Origin: Eledone cirrhosa
Lineage: Eukaryota
Length of the DNA: 64,000 nt
Assembly: GCA_964016885.1 (NCBI GenBank)
Contig: OZ024742.1
Location: 170,500,001 to 170,564,000, forward strand
Reading direction: 5' to 3'
In this document: one piece after another, positions 14,866 through 27,545 of the stretch
Layout of the letters: each line of letters opens with the position of its first letter
Position numbering within the stretch: position 1 is the stretch's first letter
The notes under the pieces: generated by a model
What the model saw: only the letters and a program-made list of their open reading frames with translations
What the model was told of the DNA's origin: nothing
Database searches by the model: none
Made by a program: the position numbers and the translations under genes

Positions 14866-15044
14866 TGGATTGGCAGTATCGGTAAAGGGTCGGACGCCAT
14901 GCTTTCCAGCATAGTTACGTCCCTTTACGATCTGAGTTCAAATCCCGCCGAGGTTGACTTTGCCTTTCATCCTTACGGGGTTGATAAAATAAAGTACCAG
15001 TAATGAACTGGGTAATTGCTGGCCTTGTGCCTAAAGTAGAAACA
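14866..15044 (+). mobile_element. tRNA-derived SINE with 16-bp TSD
   Basis: Near-identical to the 4455 copy; AATATTAAACAGAAGA at 14847-14862 and 15045-15060. Confidence 0.85.
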
Positions 15045-15418
15045 AATATTAAACAGAAGATACAAACGAAGTTGCAAGCCAGCAATGTTGATAATAATAA
15101 ACGGCTGGTAATATGGAGCAGTTGGAACCAACTAATTTTGATAACAATAACTATTTGGCCGCATCATCCGTGATTGTAATAAACATCTTCCACTGCTTAT
15201 TCTTCTCTTTGAATTTTATATGTTCTGCTTATATATTGGAAATGTTGACATTTTTTGAAATCTCTCATTGAAAATTGCACCATTGTTTTCTTCCACTTGA
15301 ATAGATTTTCTCGGCATTAAATTTAGTCCGGAAATCAGTCACTTGTTAGACTTACCGATAATAATTCTATAATCTGACAAAGAATTACTTAAAAGCAAAA
15401 AAATTAAAGAAATAACGA

Positions 15419-15450
<32 letters not shown>

Positions 15451-15460
15451 AACAAAAAAA

Positions 15461-15514
<54 letters not shown>

Positions 15515-15848
15515 AACAATAACAACAGAAGACCAACTTTTCATAAAGATGCAAGGTAAGAAATTTAATTAATTTAAAATCATTCTATACTTAATATCAT
15601 TGGTGTTTGGGGATATAAAACATAACTTTGCCTTTCATCCTTACAGGGTCGATAAAATAAAGTACCAGTAATGTACTGGGATAATTGCTGGCCTTGTGCC
15701 AAACATAGAAACAATTAATATATTAAAACGTTTTCATAAATATTTCATACAGAAAAAAACGGGATGGAAAGATACGTTGTTGCGAGGCGCGAACTCCTTA
15801 ACCAAACGGCTATGCCTGCACATATCACACACGCACACGCGCGCGCGC

Positions 15849-15890
<42 letters not shown>

Positions 15891-16060
15891 GAATATAAAA
15901 GAAAAACGAACACAGATATATACATATATGTGTTCAAATCGCAAGGGACCAGATTCGCTAAGGTGAAAAGAATACTAACTATAGACAATAGGGTTTGCCA
16001 GACTCAATTTAAGAATAAATCAAGAAAATAAATACAAACCAGAATTGTGGTAGCTACCAA

Positions 16061-16140
16061 TCACCCAGACAGCTTTGGCTATGCTGTTTCGCAAAATTAA
16101 TTGTGAAGAGTAATACCAAATCTTGCTCATCAGTGGGTGA
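16061..16140 (-). ncRNA. Type I hammerhead ribozyme (family A)
   Basis: Reverse complement of the 16877-16956 motif with intact core. Confidence 0.85.
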
Positions 16141-16876
16141 AGAATTAGTATCCTGGACACTTCTAAGTATATTAAAAAACTGAATAGTGTGCGTATATAT
16201 AATAACGCACATGGCATCTGAACTTAGCGTGTCTCACAAACTCACACCACTAAAAATAGCAGCCAGGTTTACTCGGGATTTGAATTAGCTCAACAAATTA
16301 ACGGAGCCGAATATATCAAAGCTATATATTGAGTTAGAAACTCAAAATAGTCTCTTATAATAAAATAGCTCTAGGAAAGAGATTTTTCCGAGCCGTATAT
16401 TATAATTGAATATAAAAGATAAACGAACACAGATATATACATATATGTGTTCAAATCGCAAGGGACCAGATTCGCTAAGGTGAAAAGAATACTAACTATA
16501 GACAATAAGATTTGCCAGACTCAACTTAAGAATAAATCAAGAAAATAAATACAAACCGGAATTGGAACACATATATGTATATATCTGTATTCGTTTTTCT
16601 TTTATATTCAATTATAATATGCGGTTCGGAAAAATCTCTTTCCTAGAGCTATTTTATTATAAGAGACTATTTTGAGTTTCTAACTCAATATATAGCTTTG
16701 ATATATTCGGCTCCGTTAATTTGTTGAGCTAATTCAAATGTCGAGTAAACCTGACTGCTATTTTTAGTGATGTGAGTTTGTGAGACACGCTAATTTCATA
16801 TACCATGTGCGTTATTATATATACGCACACTATTCAGTTTTTTAATTTACTTAGAAGTGTCCAGGATACTAATTCT

Positions 16877-16956
16877 TCACCCACTGATGAGCAAGATTTG
16901 GTATTCCTCTTCACAATTAATTTTGCGAAACAGCATTACCAAAGCTGTCTGGGTGA
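16877..16956 (+). ncRNA. Type I hammerhead ribozyme (family A)
   Basis: tcaccca CTGATGA gcaagatt..aattttgc GAAA cagc attaccaaa gctg TC tgggtga: 7-bp stem I, canonical core, GUC cleavage triplet. Confidence 0.9.
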
Positions 16957-17214
16957 TTGGTAACTACCACAATTTCGGTTTGTATTTATTTTCTTGATTT
17001 ATTCTTAAATTGAATCTGGCAAACCCTATTGTCAATAGTTAGTATTCTTTTCCCCTTAGCGAATCTGGTCCCTTGCGATTTGAACACTTATATGTATATA
17101 TCTGTGTTCGTTTTTCTTTTATATTCAATTATAATATACGGCTCGGAAAAATCTCTTTCCTAGAGCTATTTTATTGTAAGAGACTATTTTGAGTTTCTAA
17201 CTCAATATATAGCT

Positions 17215-18315
17215 TTGTTGTACCGTGACGATGGTCTTTTGACCATGACTAAGTGCGGACCTCGTGCTTGCGAGAGGTTCAGAAAAGAACTCACAGCCTT
17301 CTTTAAAGGCTTCAACCTCTCTATACAGGTTGAGGCCAATCCCTCGGTCGTTAATTACCTCGACGTTACCCTCAATTTATTGAATGGGTTGTATTACCCA
17401 TATAGAAAGCCGAATGATACGCTTAATTACATAAGTAAGCATTCCAACCATCCTGCCAGCATAACCAAGAACCTGGTAAGAAACGTTTCGTTGAGGCTAT
17501 CCCGTCTTTCCACCACCGAGCGTATTTTCAACGATCATTCCACTTATTACAATGAAGCTCTTGCTCGAAGTGGATTTGTCGATAAGGTAGCATATACAGA
17601 GTACGAAAATAGACCTAGAAGAAATAGATCCCGTCGCATTTGTTGGTATAACCCACCATATAATATGGAGGTGGCCACACCATTATCTAAGATCTTTCTT
17701 TCCCTTATTACGAAGCATTTTCCCCCTACACATAAATATAGTAAAATTTTTAATAGAAATACTATTAAAATTTCTTACTCTACGACTCCTAACCGTGCAC
17801 ATAACATCACAGCTTCAAATTTAGCTAAACTACCTAGCCGTAGGAACACGTGCAACCCTGTAGTTAGTACTAACTGTAATTGTAGGAATCGGGCTGATTG
17901 CCCCCTATCCGGGAAATGCCTCTCTAGTAACATTGTCTACAAATGTAAGGTTGTAACACCCACGTCCCGTAGGGCCTACATAGGGTTAACCGCCAATAGA
18001 TTCAAGCAGCGTCTTTACATGCATACCCATTCTTTTCGTTACCCTCTAAGAAGGAATATGACGTCACTTTCAGCTTATATCTGGAGTCTAAAAGACAACC
18101 ACACCCAATATAAGTTACACTGTGAGATCCTAGCTAAGCCTAGATCGTATAACGGAAATAAAAGACCATGTGACCTCTGCGCCGCTGAGGCACTGGAAAT
18201 ACTCTACGCCACAGACCACATCTTAAACAAAAAATCTGAGGCAATTTCGGCTTGTAAACATAAATTGCACAAGACTTTCCTGTATTACAGCCCCACGTTC
18301 TACCCTAACGGATAG
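17215..18315 (+). CDS. Penelope-like element RT (5'-truncated) + GIY-YIG endonuclease
   Basis: LYRDDGL, VNYLDVTL, YRKP, YISKHSNHP, WYNPP, CNCR...CPLSGKC, IVYKCKV...YIGLT..FKQR, CDLC; uninterrupted 366 aa. Confidence 0.9.
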   Translation: MLYRDDGLLTMTKCGPRACERFRKELTAFFKGFNLSIQVEANPSVVNYLDVTLNLLNGLYYPYRKPNDTLNYISKHSNHPASITKNLVRNVSLRLSRLSTTERIFNDHSTYYNEALARSGFVDKVAYTEYENRPRRNRSRRICWYNPPYNMEVATPLSKIFLSLITKHFPPTHKYSKIFNRNTIKISYSTTPNRAHNITASNLAKLPSRRNTCNPVVSTNCNCRNRADCPLSGKCLSSNIVYKCKVVTPTSRRAYIGLTANRFKQRLYMHTHSFRYPLRRNMTSLSAYIWSLKDNHTQYKLHCEILAKPRSYNGNKRPCDLCAAEALEILYATDHILNKKSEAISACKHKLHKTFLYYSPTFYPNG

Positions 18316-19221
18316 TACGATCTATACGTGGATATTTTACGTCTTGATGTTGGAGCTAAGTATATGTTTTGTTTATTCCTTTACTTATTTGCATAGGTAA
18401 GTATATATTGCCCGTATGTTTTGTGAAGGTATGTATACCTTCTCGTACGTATATTTGATTGTTATGGCGTATAATTTTTATATATTCTGGTATTTAGGGT
18501 TTGGCTATGTGTATACGGGAGTTTTGCGTCTGTGTGAGTATGCAGGTTCGTACGTATGGTGGGTGTGTGTATATGTGTACTTCTTGTTTTAGTTGACTTA
18601 CGTCTCCGAACATTCGTGTATTTATATGTAGGTATGTGTGTGCGCTTGTTATATACGTATTTATTTACTTATATACGTTTATATAATTATTTATTTATTT
18701 GTACACAAGCATACACACACACACACATATTTATATGTGCGTGGTTGTATACCTATGGTAAGGTTTTGCGTATGCTTGTGTATGTACGTATTTGTTTGCG
18801 TGTATGTATTTATTTATTTCTATTACTTCTGTATTGTATTTATTTACTTTGTTCTTAACTCTGTAGCGGAGATTCATTTGGTCTCCTAGTTAGAATTTTA
18901 GTCTACGACTTCTGCTATACCATTTACGTGGTTTTGTCTTTGCGTGCTATTGTTCTCCACGCTCCACATATGACTTATTATCTTCGTTTTTTCGTTCATT
19001 GCCAGAGAACGTCTCTATGCACCACCTAAGAGAACATTAGTCTATGACCTCTTTTATACCTAAACGTGGTTCTGTCTTTGCGCGTATTATGACGTATTAT
19101 TCGTTTTTTCCCGTTCTTTGCCAGCGAACGTTTCCACGAACCAAAGTATCGTCTTCCTGTCTTCCTCCGGTTGCAACGTTTTTTGAAATATCCAGTTCTG
19201 CGTTTACAGATTGACTTTGTT

Positions 19222-19272
19222 AGTTTCAGAAGATCCCGTTAAGGGTGAAAGCAGCGATTCTTTGCTTAAACT
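19222..19272 (+). ncRNA. Hammerhead-like motif with variant core CAGAAGA (family B, Penelope 3' end)
   Basis: agttt CAGAAGA t ccc gttaa ggg t GAAA gca gcgattctt tgc TT aaact. Confidence 0.65.
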
Positions 19273-19288
19273 TTAATCTGTTATTTTA

Positions 19289-19347
<59 letters not shown>

Positions 19348-19458
19348 CGACAGAATAAACACGTGTGGTTTTTTTTCTTCCTAATTTTTATCTCATTTCC
19401 CCCCGTTCCTTCCTCTTATCACTTTTTACTTTCTATTTATCTTCTAATTCTAACTCTA

Positions 19459-19494
19459 TCTTCTGATGAAGGACTAGTGTCCGAAACATTAAGA
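19459..19494 (+). ncRNA. Minimal hammerhead motif (family I)
   Basis: tctt CTGATGA a ggac tagt gtcc GAAA ca TT aaga; stem III essentially absent. Confidence 0.6.
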
Positions 19495-19810
19495 CTCTCT
19501 CCCTGTTATTTCAAGCGTGAGACTAATATATTTATTCTACGTATTCTGCCGTTGTTTTGCTATTTTTGTTATTTCTGTTTACCTTTTACACACACACACA
19601 TGTATGTATGTATGTATGTATGTATGTATGTATGTATGTATGTATGTATGTATGTATGTATGTATGTATGTATGTATGTAGAAGTTCTATTTAAATTGTT
19701 GGGATACAACAAGCAAATATTTTTATAACTGATATAAAGCACTCAACAAATTATTGGAGTAAAAATACGATACATTAACAAATGGAAACTATATTTATAA
19801 AACCATATTT

Positions 19811-19873
19811 ATTTCATTATACATATTTCAAGGACACTAAGTCAAATTATGGTGCGCTTTCATCAGATAAAAT
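19811..19873 (-). ncRNA. Type I hammerhead motif (family C)
   Basis: rc: attttat CTGATGA aagcgcac..gtgtcctt GAAA t atgt a TA atgaaat. Confidence 0.7.
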
Positions 19874-19934
19874 ATAATATAGATCAGTTTTATAAATAAA
19901 TATTGACATACCCTTAAAGAATGCGACCACTGTA

Positions 19935-19970
<36 letters not shown>

Positions 19971-20150
19971 TGTATGTATGTATGTATGTATGTATGTATA
20001 TATATATATATATATATGTAGAAGTTCTATTTAAATTGTTGGGATACAACAAGCAAATATTTTTATAACTGATATAAAGCACTCAACAAATTATTGGAGT
20101 AAAAATACGATACATTAACAAATGGAAACTATATTTATAAAACCATATTT

Positions 20151-20213
20151 ATTTCATTATACATATTTCAAGGACACTAAGTCAAATTATGGTGCGCTTT
20201 CATCAGATAAAAT
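20151..20213 (-). ncRNA. Type I hammerhead motif (family C), second tandem copy
   Basis: Identical to 19811-19873. Confidence 0.7.
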
Positions 20214-20267
20214 ATAATATAGATCAGTTTTATAAATAAATATTGACATACCCTTAAAGAATGCGAC

Positions 20268-20315
<48 letters not shown>

Positions 20316-20319
<4 letters not shown>

Positions 20320-21835
20320 ATAATAATAAATTTGAAGACTAAAATTCAAAGACACCCTTAACGGGATCTTCTGAAACTAACAAAGTCAATCTGTAAACGC
20401 AGAACTGGATATTTCAAAAAACGTTGCAACCGGAGGAAGACAGGAAGACGATACTTTGGTTCGTGGAAACGTTCGCTGGCTCCCACATCGAGACGTAAAA
20501 TATCCACGTATAGATCGTACTATCCGTTAGGGTAGAACGTGGGGCTGTAATACAGGAAAGTTTTGTGCAATTTATGTTTACAAGCCGAAATTGCCTCAGA
20601 TTTTTTATTTAAGATGTGGTCTGTGGCGTAGAGTATGTCCAGGGCCTCAGCGGCGCAGAGGTCACATGGTCTTTTATTTCCGTTATACGATCTAACCCTC
20701 GCTAGGATCTCCCAGTGTAACTTATATTGGGTGTGGTTGTCTTTCAGACTCCAGATATAAGCTGAAAGTGACGTCATATTCCTTCTTAGAGGGTAACGAA
20801 AAGAATGGGTATGCATGTAAAGACGCTGCTTGAATCTATTGGCGGTTAACCCTATGTAGGCCCTACGGGACGTGGGTGTTACAACCTTACATTTGTAGAC
20901 AATGTTACTAGAGAGGCATTTCCCGGATAGGGGGCAATCAGCCCGTTTCCTACAATTACAGTTAGTACTAACTACAGGGTTGCACGTGTTCCTACGGCTA
21001 GGTAGTTTAGCTAAATTTGAAGCTGTGATGTTATGTGCACGGTTAGGAGTCGTAGAGTAAGAAATTTTAATAGTATTTCTATTAAAAATTTTACTATATT
21101 TATGTGTAGGGGGAAAATGCTTCGTAATAAGGGAAAGAAAGATCTTAGCTAATGGTGTGGCCACCTCCATATTATATGGTTGGTTATACTAACAAATGCG
21201 ACGGGATCTATTTCTTCTAGGTCTATTTTCGTACTCTGTATATGCTACCTTATCGACAAATCCACTTCGAGCAAGAGCTTCATTGTAATAAGTGGAATGA
21301 TCGTTGAAAATACGCTCGGTGGTGGAAAGACGGGATAGCCTCAACGAAACGTTTCTTACCAGGTTCTTGGTTATGCTGGCAGGATGGTTGGAATGCTTAC
21401 TTATGTAATTAAGCTTATCATTCGGCTTTCTATACGGGTAATACAACCCATTCAATAAGTTGAGGGTAACGTCGAGGTAATTAACGACCGAGAGATTGGC
21501 CTCAACCTGTATAGAGAGGTTGAAGCCTTTAAAGAAGGCTGTGAGTTCTTTTCTGGACCTGTCGCAAGCACGAGGTCTGTACTTAGTCATGGTCAAAAGA
21601 CCATCGTCACGGTACAAACCACCGCCCGCGTTGGGGAATTCGTCCTTGATAGAGAAAAGAAGGAAAAGGCCGATAAGATCAGTAACCTCCGCAGAATCAC
21701 TGGCGCCCATACTCACGTCGAATGGGGTACTATTGGATTTTTTAATCCAAATAGAGTCGTCGAAATTAATCACCGACTTACGGGCATTGAAGATGACAAC
21801 AACTTCGAAATCCTTAACCACTGTGAGTCCTCTCT
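20316..21835 (-). mobile_element. Penelope-like element copy 2 (RT + GIY-YIG; premature stop at 21189)
   Basis: ORFs 21189-21821 (DVSMGASDSAEVTDLIG, GLYRDDGL) and 20520-21170 are nearly identical to copy 1; TGG>TAG in the WYNPP codon. Confidence 0.9.
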
Positions 21836-22433
21836 AGTAACAGTGTCTACAAATGTAAGGTTGTAACACCCACGTCCTGTAGAGCCTACATAGGGTTAAC
21901 CGCCAATAGATTCAAGCAGCGTCTTTACATGCATAACCATTCTTTTCGTTACCCTCTAAGAAGGAATATGACGTCACTTTCAGCTTATATCTGGAGTCTA
22001 AAAGACAACCACACCCAATATAAGTTACACTGGGAGATCCTAGCGAGGGCTAGATCGTATAACGGAAATAAAAGACCATGTGACCTCTGCGCCGCTGAGG
22101 CCCTGGACATACTCTACGCCACAGACCACATCTTAAATAAAAAATCTGAGGCAATTTCGGCTTGTAAACATAAATTGCACAAAACTTTCCTGTATTACAG
22201 CCCCACGTTCTACCCTAACGGATAGTACGATCTATACGTGGATATTTTACGTCTCGATGTGGGAGCCAGCGAACGTTTCCACGAACCAAAGTATCGTCTT
22301 CCTGTCTTCCTCCGGTTGCAACGTTTTTTGAAATATCCAGTTCTGCGTTTACAGATTGACTTTGTTAGTTTCAGAAGATCCCGTTAAGGGTGAAAGCAGC
22401 GATTCTTTGCTTAAACTTTAATCTGTTATTTTA

Positions 22434-22440
<7 letters not shown>
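21828..22440 (+). mobile_element. Inverted duplication of the Penelope 3' end, head-to-head with copy 2
   Basis: ORF 21929-22225 is the GIY-YIG C-terminus; shares the 3'-region deletion junction GATGTGGGAGCCAGCGAACG with copy 2; HHR-B at 22367-22417. Confidence 0.9.
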
Positions 22441-22518
<78 letters not shown>

Positions 22519-22519
22519 C

Positions 22520-22624
<105 letters not shown>

Positions 22625-22815
22625 TCTGCAGTGCTGAGACCGGAGAGACCACTATAGGTGTACTCAATACATGGGGAGATGCAGACAGGGTATAGAGATA
22701 TGTATAATCTCGACCGCGGCGCCAAGCGGTTTTTGATTGCATGTTCAGCACTGCTGAACACGCAAGCCAAAGTTGCCTAGCGCTGCTGCTGTCGAAATTA
22801 AACCCCCTCTCTCTT

Positions 22816-22846
<31 letters not shown>

Positions 22847-22861
22847 ATATCTATCTATATA

Positions 22862-23063
22862 TATAACGAAGGAAATGTGGTAAGGAACCAAGTGGACCAT
22901 AACGCACCAAAGTACTCAATACTTAGGGTAGTAGAGTGGGTAATAGGAACGAGTAGGACCCCGACGGCTGAGCTCAAGCCGTATCGACGGCTAATTCTGG
23001 ACGTCCAGAATTAGCCGTCGAAACGGCTTGAGCTCAGCCGTCGGGGTTCTACTCGTTCCTATA
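22862..23063. mobile_element. (TA)n-inserted fold-back element with HHR 3' half; second copy at 26170-26373
   Basis: Palindrome 22942-23063 centred on GGACGTCC; GAAA cggct tgagctc agccg TC gggg at 23020-23046. Confidence 0.7.
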
Positions 23064-23081
23064 TATATATATATATATATA

Positions 23082-23169
<88 letters not shown>

Positions 23170-23180
<11 letters not shown>

Positions 23181-23404
23181 TAAAATAACAGATTAAAGTT
23201 TAAGCAAAGAATCGCTGCTTTCACCCTTAACGGGATCTTCTGAAGATTTCAGAAGATCCCGTTAAGGGTGAAAGCAGCGATTCTTTGCTTAAACTTTAAT
23301 CTGTTATTTTAATAAATATTTGCTCTACGGTTCTTATATATTTGATATATATTTTCCTTATCGAGCCCTCTTTGGATTTTAGTCTTCAATTTTATTATTA
23401 TTAC
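23170..23404. mobile_element. Solo fold-back of the Penelope 3' end with two opposed family B HHR motifs
   Basis: Palindrome 23170-23320 centred at ~23245 (TCTTCTGAAGATTTCAGAAGA). Confidence 0.8.
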
Positions 23405-23434
23405 TATATATATATATGTGTGTATATGTATATA

Positions 23435-23478
<44 letters not shown>

Positions 23479-23521
23479 CACATACATACACGTATATATA
23501 TATATTTATATATACATACAT

Positions 23522-23640
<119 letters not shown>

Positions 23641-24039
23641 CTTTCTCTCTTTCTGTCATGCACACACACATATGTATGTAAGACTGCAGTTTCAGACTCT
23701 ATAGAGAATGAACACTGTCGATTGACTTCTAATTTTCGGTCTCAATGCATGTGTTCTTTATTCAATAGTAATGCAATGACATCATGGGAAATTCCACACA
23801 GTTTTCACATTCTTCTTTATACACAGATATATTTTTCATCCATTCATTGCTGCAGTTAAAATAAACATGAACATACATAAATATAAATAATGATTTCTCA
23901 CATTGCTTGAAGGTCGCAATTTTATCAGCGAAGAGGCGTATTACTGAAGTAAACACACACATGTTTTATTTTTATTTTTATCGGGCAGTCAGGAAAAAAA
24001 GTAGTGATGGGTGAGTGGGAGGAAAAAGGATAGGAAAGG

Positions 24040-24590
24040 TGCCGATCATTAGATCTGATCAAAGAAACAATGTATCCATTGATCTTTCCATTACTGGTAC
24101 TATCTGTCGGCCATAACTCCTTGTAGACGAAAGGAGCCGATCATTAGATCTGACCAAGGAAACAATGTATCCATTGATATTTCCATTACTGGTGCTATCT
24201 GTTGCTCACAGCTCCTGGCAGACGAAAGGAGTCGATTATCAGATCTGACTAAGGAAACATTATATCTATTGGTCTTTCCATTGCTAGTACTATTTTATGG
24301 TCACAACAAGCAGAAGAAAAGAGTTGGTCGTCTGACTGGACCAAAGAAACAATGTTTCCATAGATATTTTCGTTGTAGGTACCAGTCTGTCGGTCGTTAC
24401 GCTTGGTGGAAGATAGGAACTAATTACCAGACCGAATCAAGGAAACTATGTTTTCATTGGTTTTTCCATTGCTGGTACAATATGTTGGTTGCAATTCCTA
24501 GCAGATGAAAGGAGCTGATCGTCAGACATGATCAACGAAACAATGTTTCTACTTGTCTCTCCATTGTTGAAACTAACAGTCGGTCGCAAC
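24040..24590 (+). repeat. Degenerate ~95-bp minisatellite; related array at 39810-40280
   Basis: GATCATTAGATCTGA...AAGGAAACAATGT...TTTCCATT recurs at 24044, 24139, 24234 and onward. Confidence 0.8.
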
Positions 24591-24599
24591 TCACGGTAT

Positions 24600-25200
24600 A
24601 CTCAGGCGGTATTTCAACATAGAATGCACAGGGATAGATCATATACTGCAAAGCATCTGTCGGATTCTTCAATATTTAGATAATCGGACAAAAGATCTAA
24701 CACGAAACTCACTACTTACAACACGAATTTCTCCATCAAATGGAGTGTCCCAGAAAGGGCTGGATTCTATTCAAATGGCTCATGGACGTGCCAGTTGTGT
24801 ATGGCCGTAACTTGAACTACACTGGAAAAGCTACACAACTCCACAAATTATCTTAATATCTGCGCCGATTTCTTCAATCGCTGCTCTGAACAAATTTATA
24901 CCCAAGGACTGGAAAATTCCCCCACATCCGTATAAAAATCTCTGAACACTACGGGTTGCCCACAAACCCCCATTATCTTCTAATTTCCTTCAGGCGGACC
25001 TTCCCCAACAAATCTAATCTATTGTTTAATTTACTTCACTCTTTCATCTTCATTTTCGGAAGTCATTTACGTTTGAAAGAAGAGAAATAAGCAATTACAA
25101 TATGGAATTAATATAGGTTGAGGAACTTAAATCTGTCTCAGTGAAAGATCTGAAATAGGCGACTAGCGAAACAATTGTACCTAAATAAAGGCGTAGTATA
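24600..25200 (+). mobile_element. Decayed Penelope-like 3' fragment with downstream HHR motif (family M, 25114-25183)
   Basis: ~24729-24806 translates FSIKWSVPERAGFYSNGSWTCQLCMA (compare YKLHWEILARARSYNGNKRPCDLCAA); tagg TTGAGGA ... GAAA caattg TA ccta. Confidence 0.6.
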
Positions 25201-25369
25201 ATAAGTGTGCCACCCCACCTCTCTCTCCACACACATTTAGCATACCTTTTCTTCGCTCGTCATTATGTATGCACACACAGTTTACACATACACACACTCA
25301 CACACACACATATATATATGTATGTATGTATGTATACACACACACACACGCGCACACACACACACACAC

Positions 25370-25491
<122 letters not shown>

Positions 25492-25620
25492 GTAGATAAA
25501 TCTACCAAAATATACGGTAGTGTCCAATCCGTATGAAGAACTCAATGTAATCCAAATATCATGAAAAGAGAAGATGCATTCAAAATTTTTCGATGAAAAT
25601 CATAGGAAAACAGAGTCAAG

Positions 25621-26094
<474 letters not shown>

Positions 26095-26169
26095 ATATAT
26101 GTTGTACTGCCTCTCTGTTTTGTTCCTGTTCAAATTTTTCCATTATATATATATATATATATATATATA

Positions 26170-26370
26170 TAACGAAGGAAATGTGGTAAGGAACCAGGTG
26201 GACCATAACGCACCAAAGTACTCAATACTTAGGGTAGTAGAGTGGGTAATAGGAACGAGTAGGACCCCGACGGCTGAGCTCAAGCCGTGTCGACGGCTAA
26301 TTCTGGACAATTGAGTCCAGAATTAGCCGTCGAAACGGCTTGAGCTCAGCCGTCGGGTCCTACTCGTTCC

Positions 26371-26373
<3 letters not shown>
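26170..26373. mobile_element. Second copy of the 22862 fold-back element
   Basis: Near-identical sequence; centre CTGGAC AATTGA GTCCAG. Confidence 0.75.
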
Positions 26374-26430
<57 letters not shown>

Positions 26431-26432
<2 letters not shown>

Positions 26433-26624
26433 GTTTTAATATAGATGAGATTCTACAGGACTAGAACTGTTTCATTCATTAGAAATCATCAGGAATCTGA
26501 TGATTTCTAATGAATGAAACAGTTCTAGTCCTGTAGAATCTCATCTATATTAAAACTGTTATACTCTGCTATGTATTGAGTACCTTACTTACTGTGGTTA
26601 CCTCCGATTCAACCCGGAATAACG
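26431..26624. mobile_element. HHR family F fold-back element in (TA)n
   Basis: Palindrome 26431-26558; minus HHR 26448-26498; plus core starts at 26497. Confidence 0.8.
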
Positions 26625-26642
26625 TATATATATATATATATA

Positions 26643-26690
<48 letters not shown>

Positions 26691-26813
26691 TTAGAAACAC
26701 ACAGATACATGCGGACACACACATATATACATGAATGCATCCGCACCCAACTGTGAGTTAAGGGTGCCAACTTCACCGATGTTGCTCAATGAATGACTGG
26801 GACAGACCAATTC

Positions 26814-26859
<46 letters not shown>

Positions 26860-26882
26860 ATATGTATATATATATATATATA

Positions 26883-26954
<72 letters not shown>

Positions 26955-27119
26955 AAGTGTAGAAAAGAAGAAAGCTAGTTAATCAGTCAGTGATATGTGA
27001 AAAGAAAGTAAGCCGGTATCCAGTGCCAAGGGATATAACCATTACCAAAATGTCGTTGTTGTCAACACATGAGATTGTATTCTACAGAAGGATCACTGTT
27101 AGTTAAATATAGACATTGA

Positions 27120-27545
27120 CAGTAGTGGTGGTGGGGCTAGTTTTAGTAGTGGTGCTTATGGTTGTGGGGTTGGTTTTGGTGGTGGGGCTTATGGTGGTTG
27201 TGGGACTGGTGTTAATAGTGATGCTTATGGTGGTTGTCGGCTGGTTTTGGTGGTTGTGCTAATGGTGGTGGTGGAGGTGGTTTTGCTGGTTGTGGGGTTG
27301 GCTTTGGTGGTTGTGCTAATGGTGGTGGTGGAGGTTGTTTTGGTGATTGTGCTAATGGTGGTGGGGGAGGTGGTTTTTGTGGTTGTGGGGTTGGCTTTGG
27401 TGGTTGTGTTGGAGATGGTGGTGGTTGTGATGGTGACAGTGGTTTTGATGGTGGTAGTTGTGGTTGTCGCAGTGGTTTTGATGGTGGGGGTATTTTGGAT
27501 GGTGGTAGTGGTGTTTGTGGTGGTTGTGGTTGTGGTTGTGGAGGT
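27120..27545. repeat. (GGT)-rich low-complexity repeat
   Basis: Direct inspection. Confidence 0.85.

Larger units (their letters stand above)
15884..17216. mobile_element. 517-bp HHR-containing non-coding unit: ~1.3 copies on minus, then ~1.3 copies on plus (head-to-head), fused to Penelope RT
   Basis: TATAATTGAATATAAAAGA at 15884 and 16401; inversion point ~16563; right arm is the reverse complement; one HHR in each arm. Confidence 0.85.
17215..19293 (+). mobile_element. Penelope-like retroelement copy 1 with ~1-kb 3' region ending in an HHR-like motif and (TA)n
   Basis: ORF above; 3' terminal ~170 bp shared with 22267-22440 and 53830-54005. Confidence 0.85.
19678..20271 (-). repeat. Two tandem copies (period 340 bp) of an HHR-containing unit separated by (TATG)n/(TA)n
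   Basis: 19678-19931 is nearly identical to 20018-20271; HHRs at 19811-19873 and 20151-20213. Confidence 0.9.

Noticed and set aside
24040-24590. 95-bp repeat as CRISPR array or HHR array (CTGACCAAGGAAACAATG)
   Set aside because: The whole unit is repeated with no unique spacers or cas genes; it lacks a complete CUGANGA core and stem II
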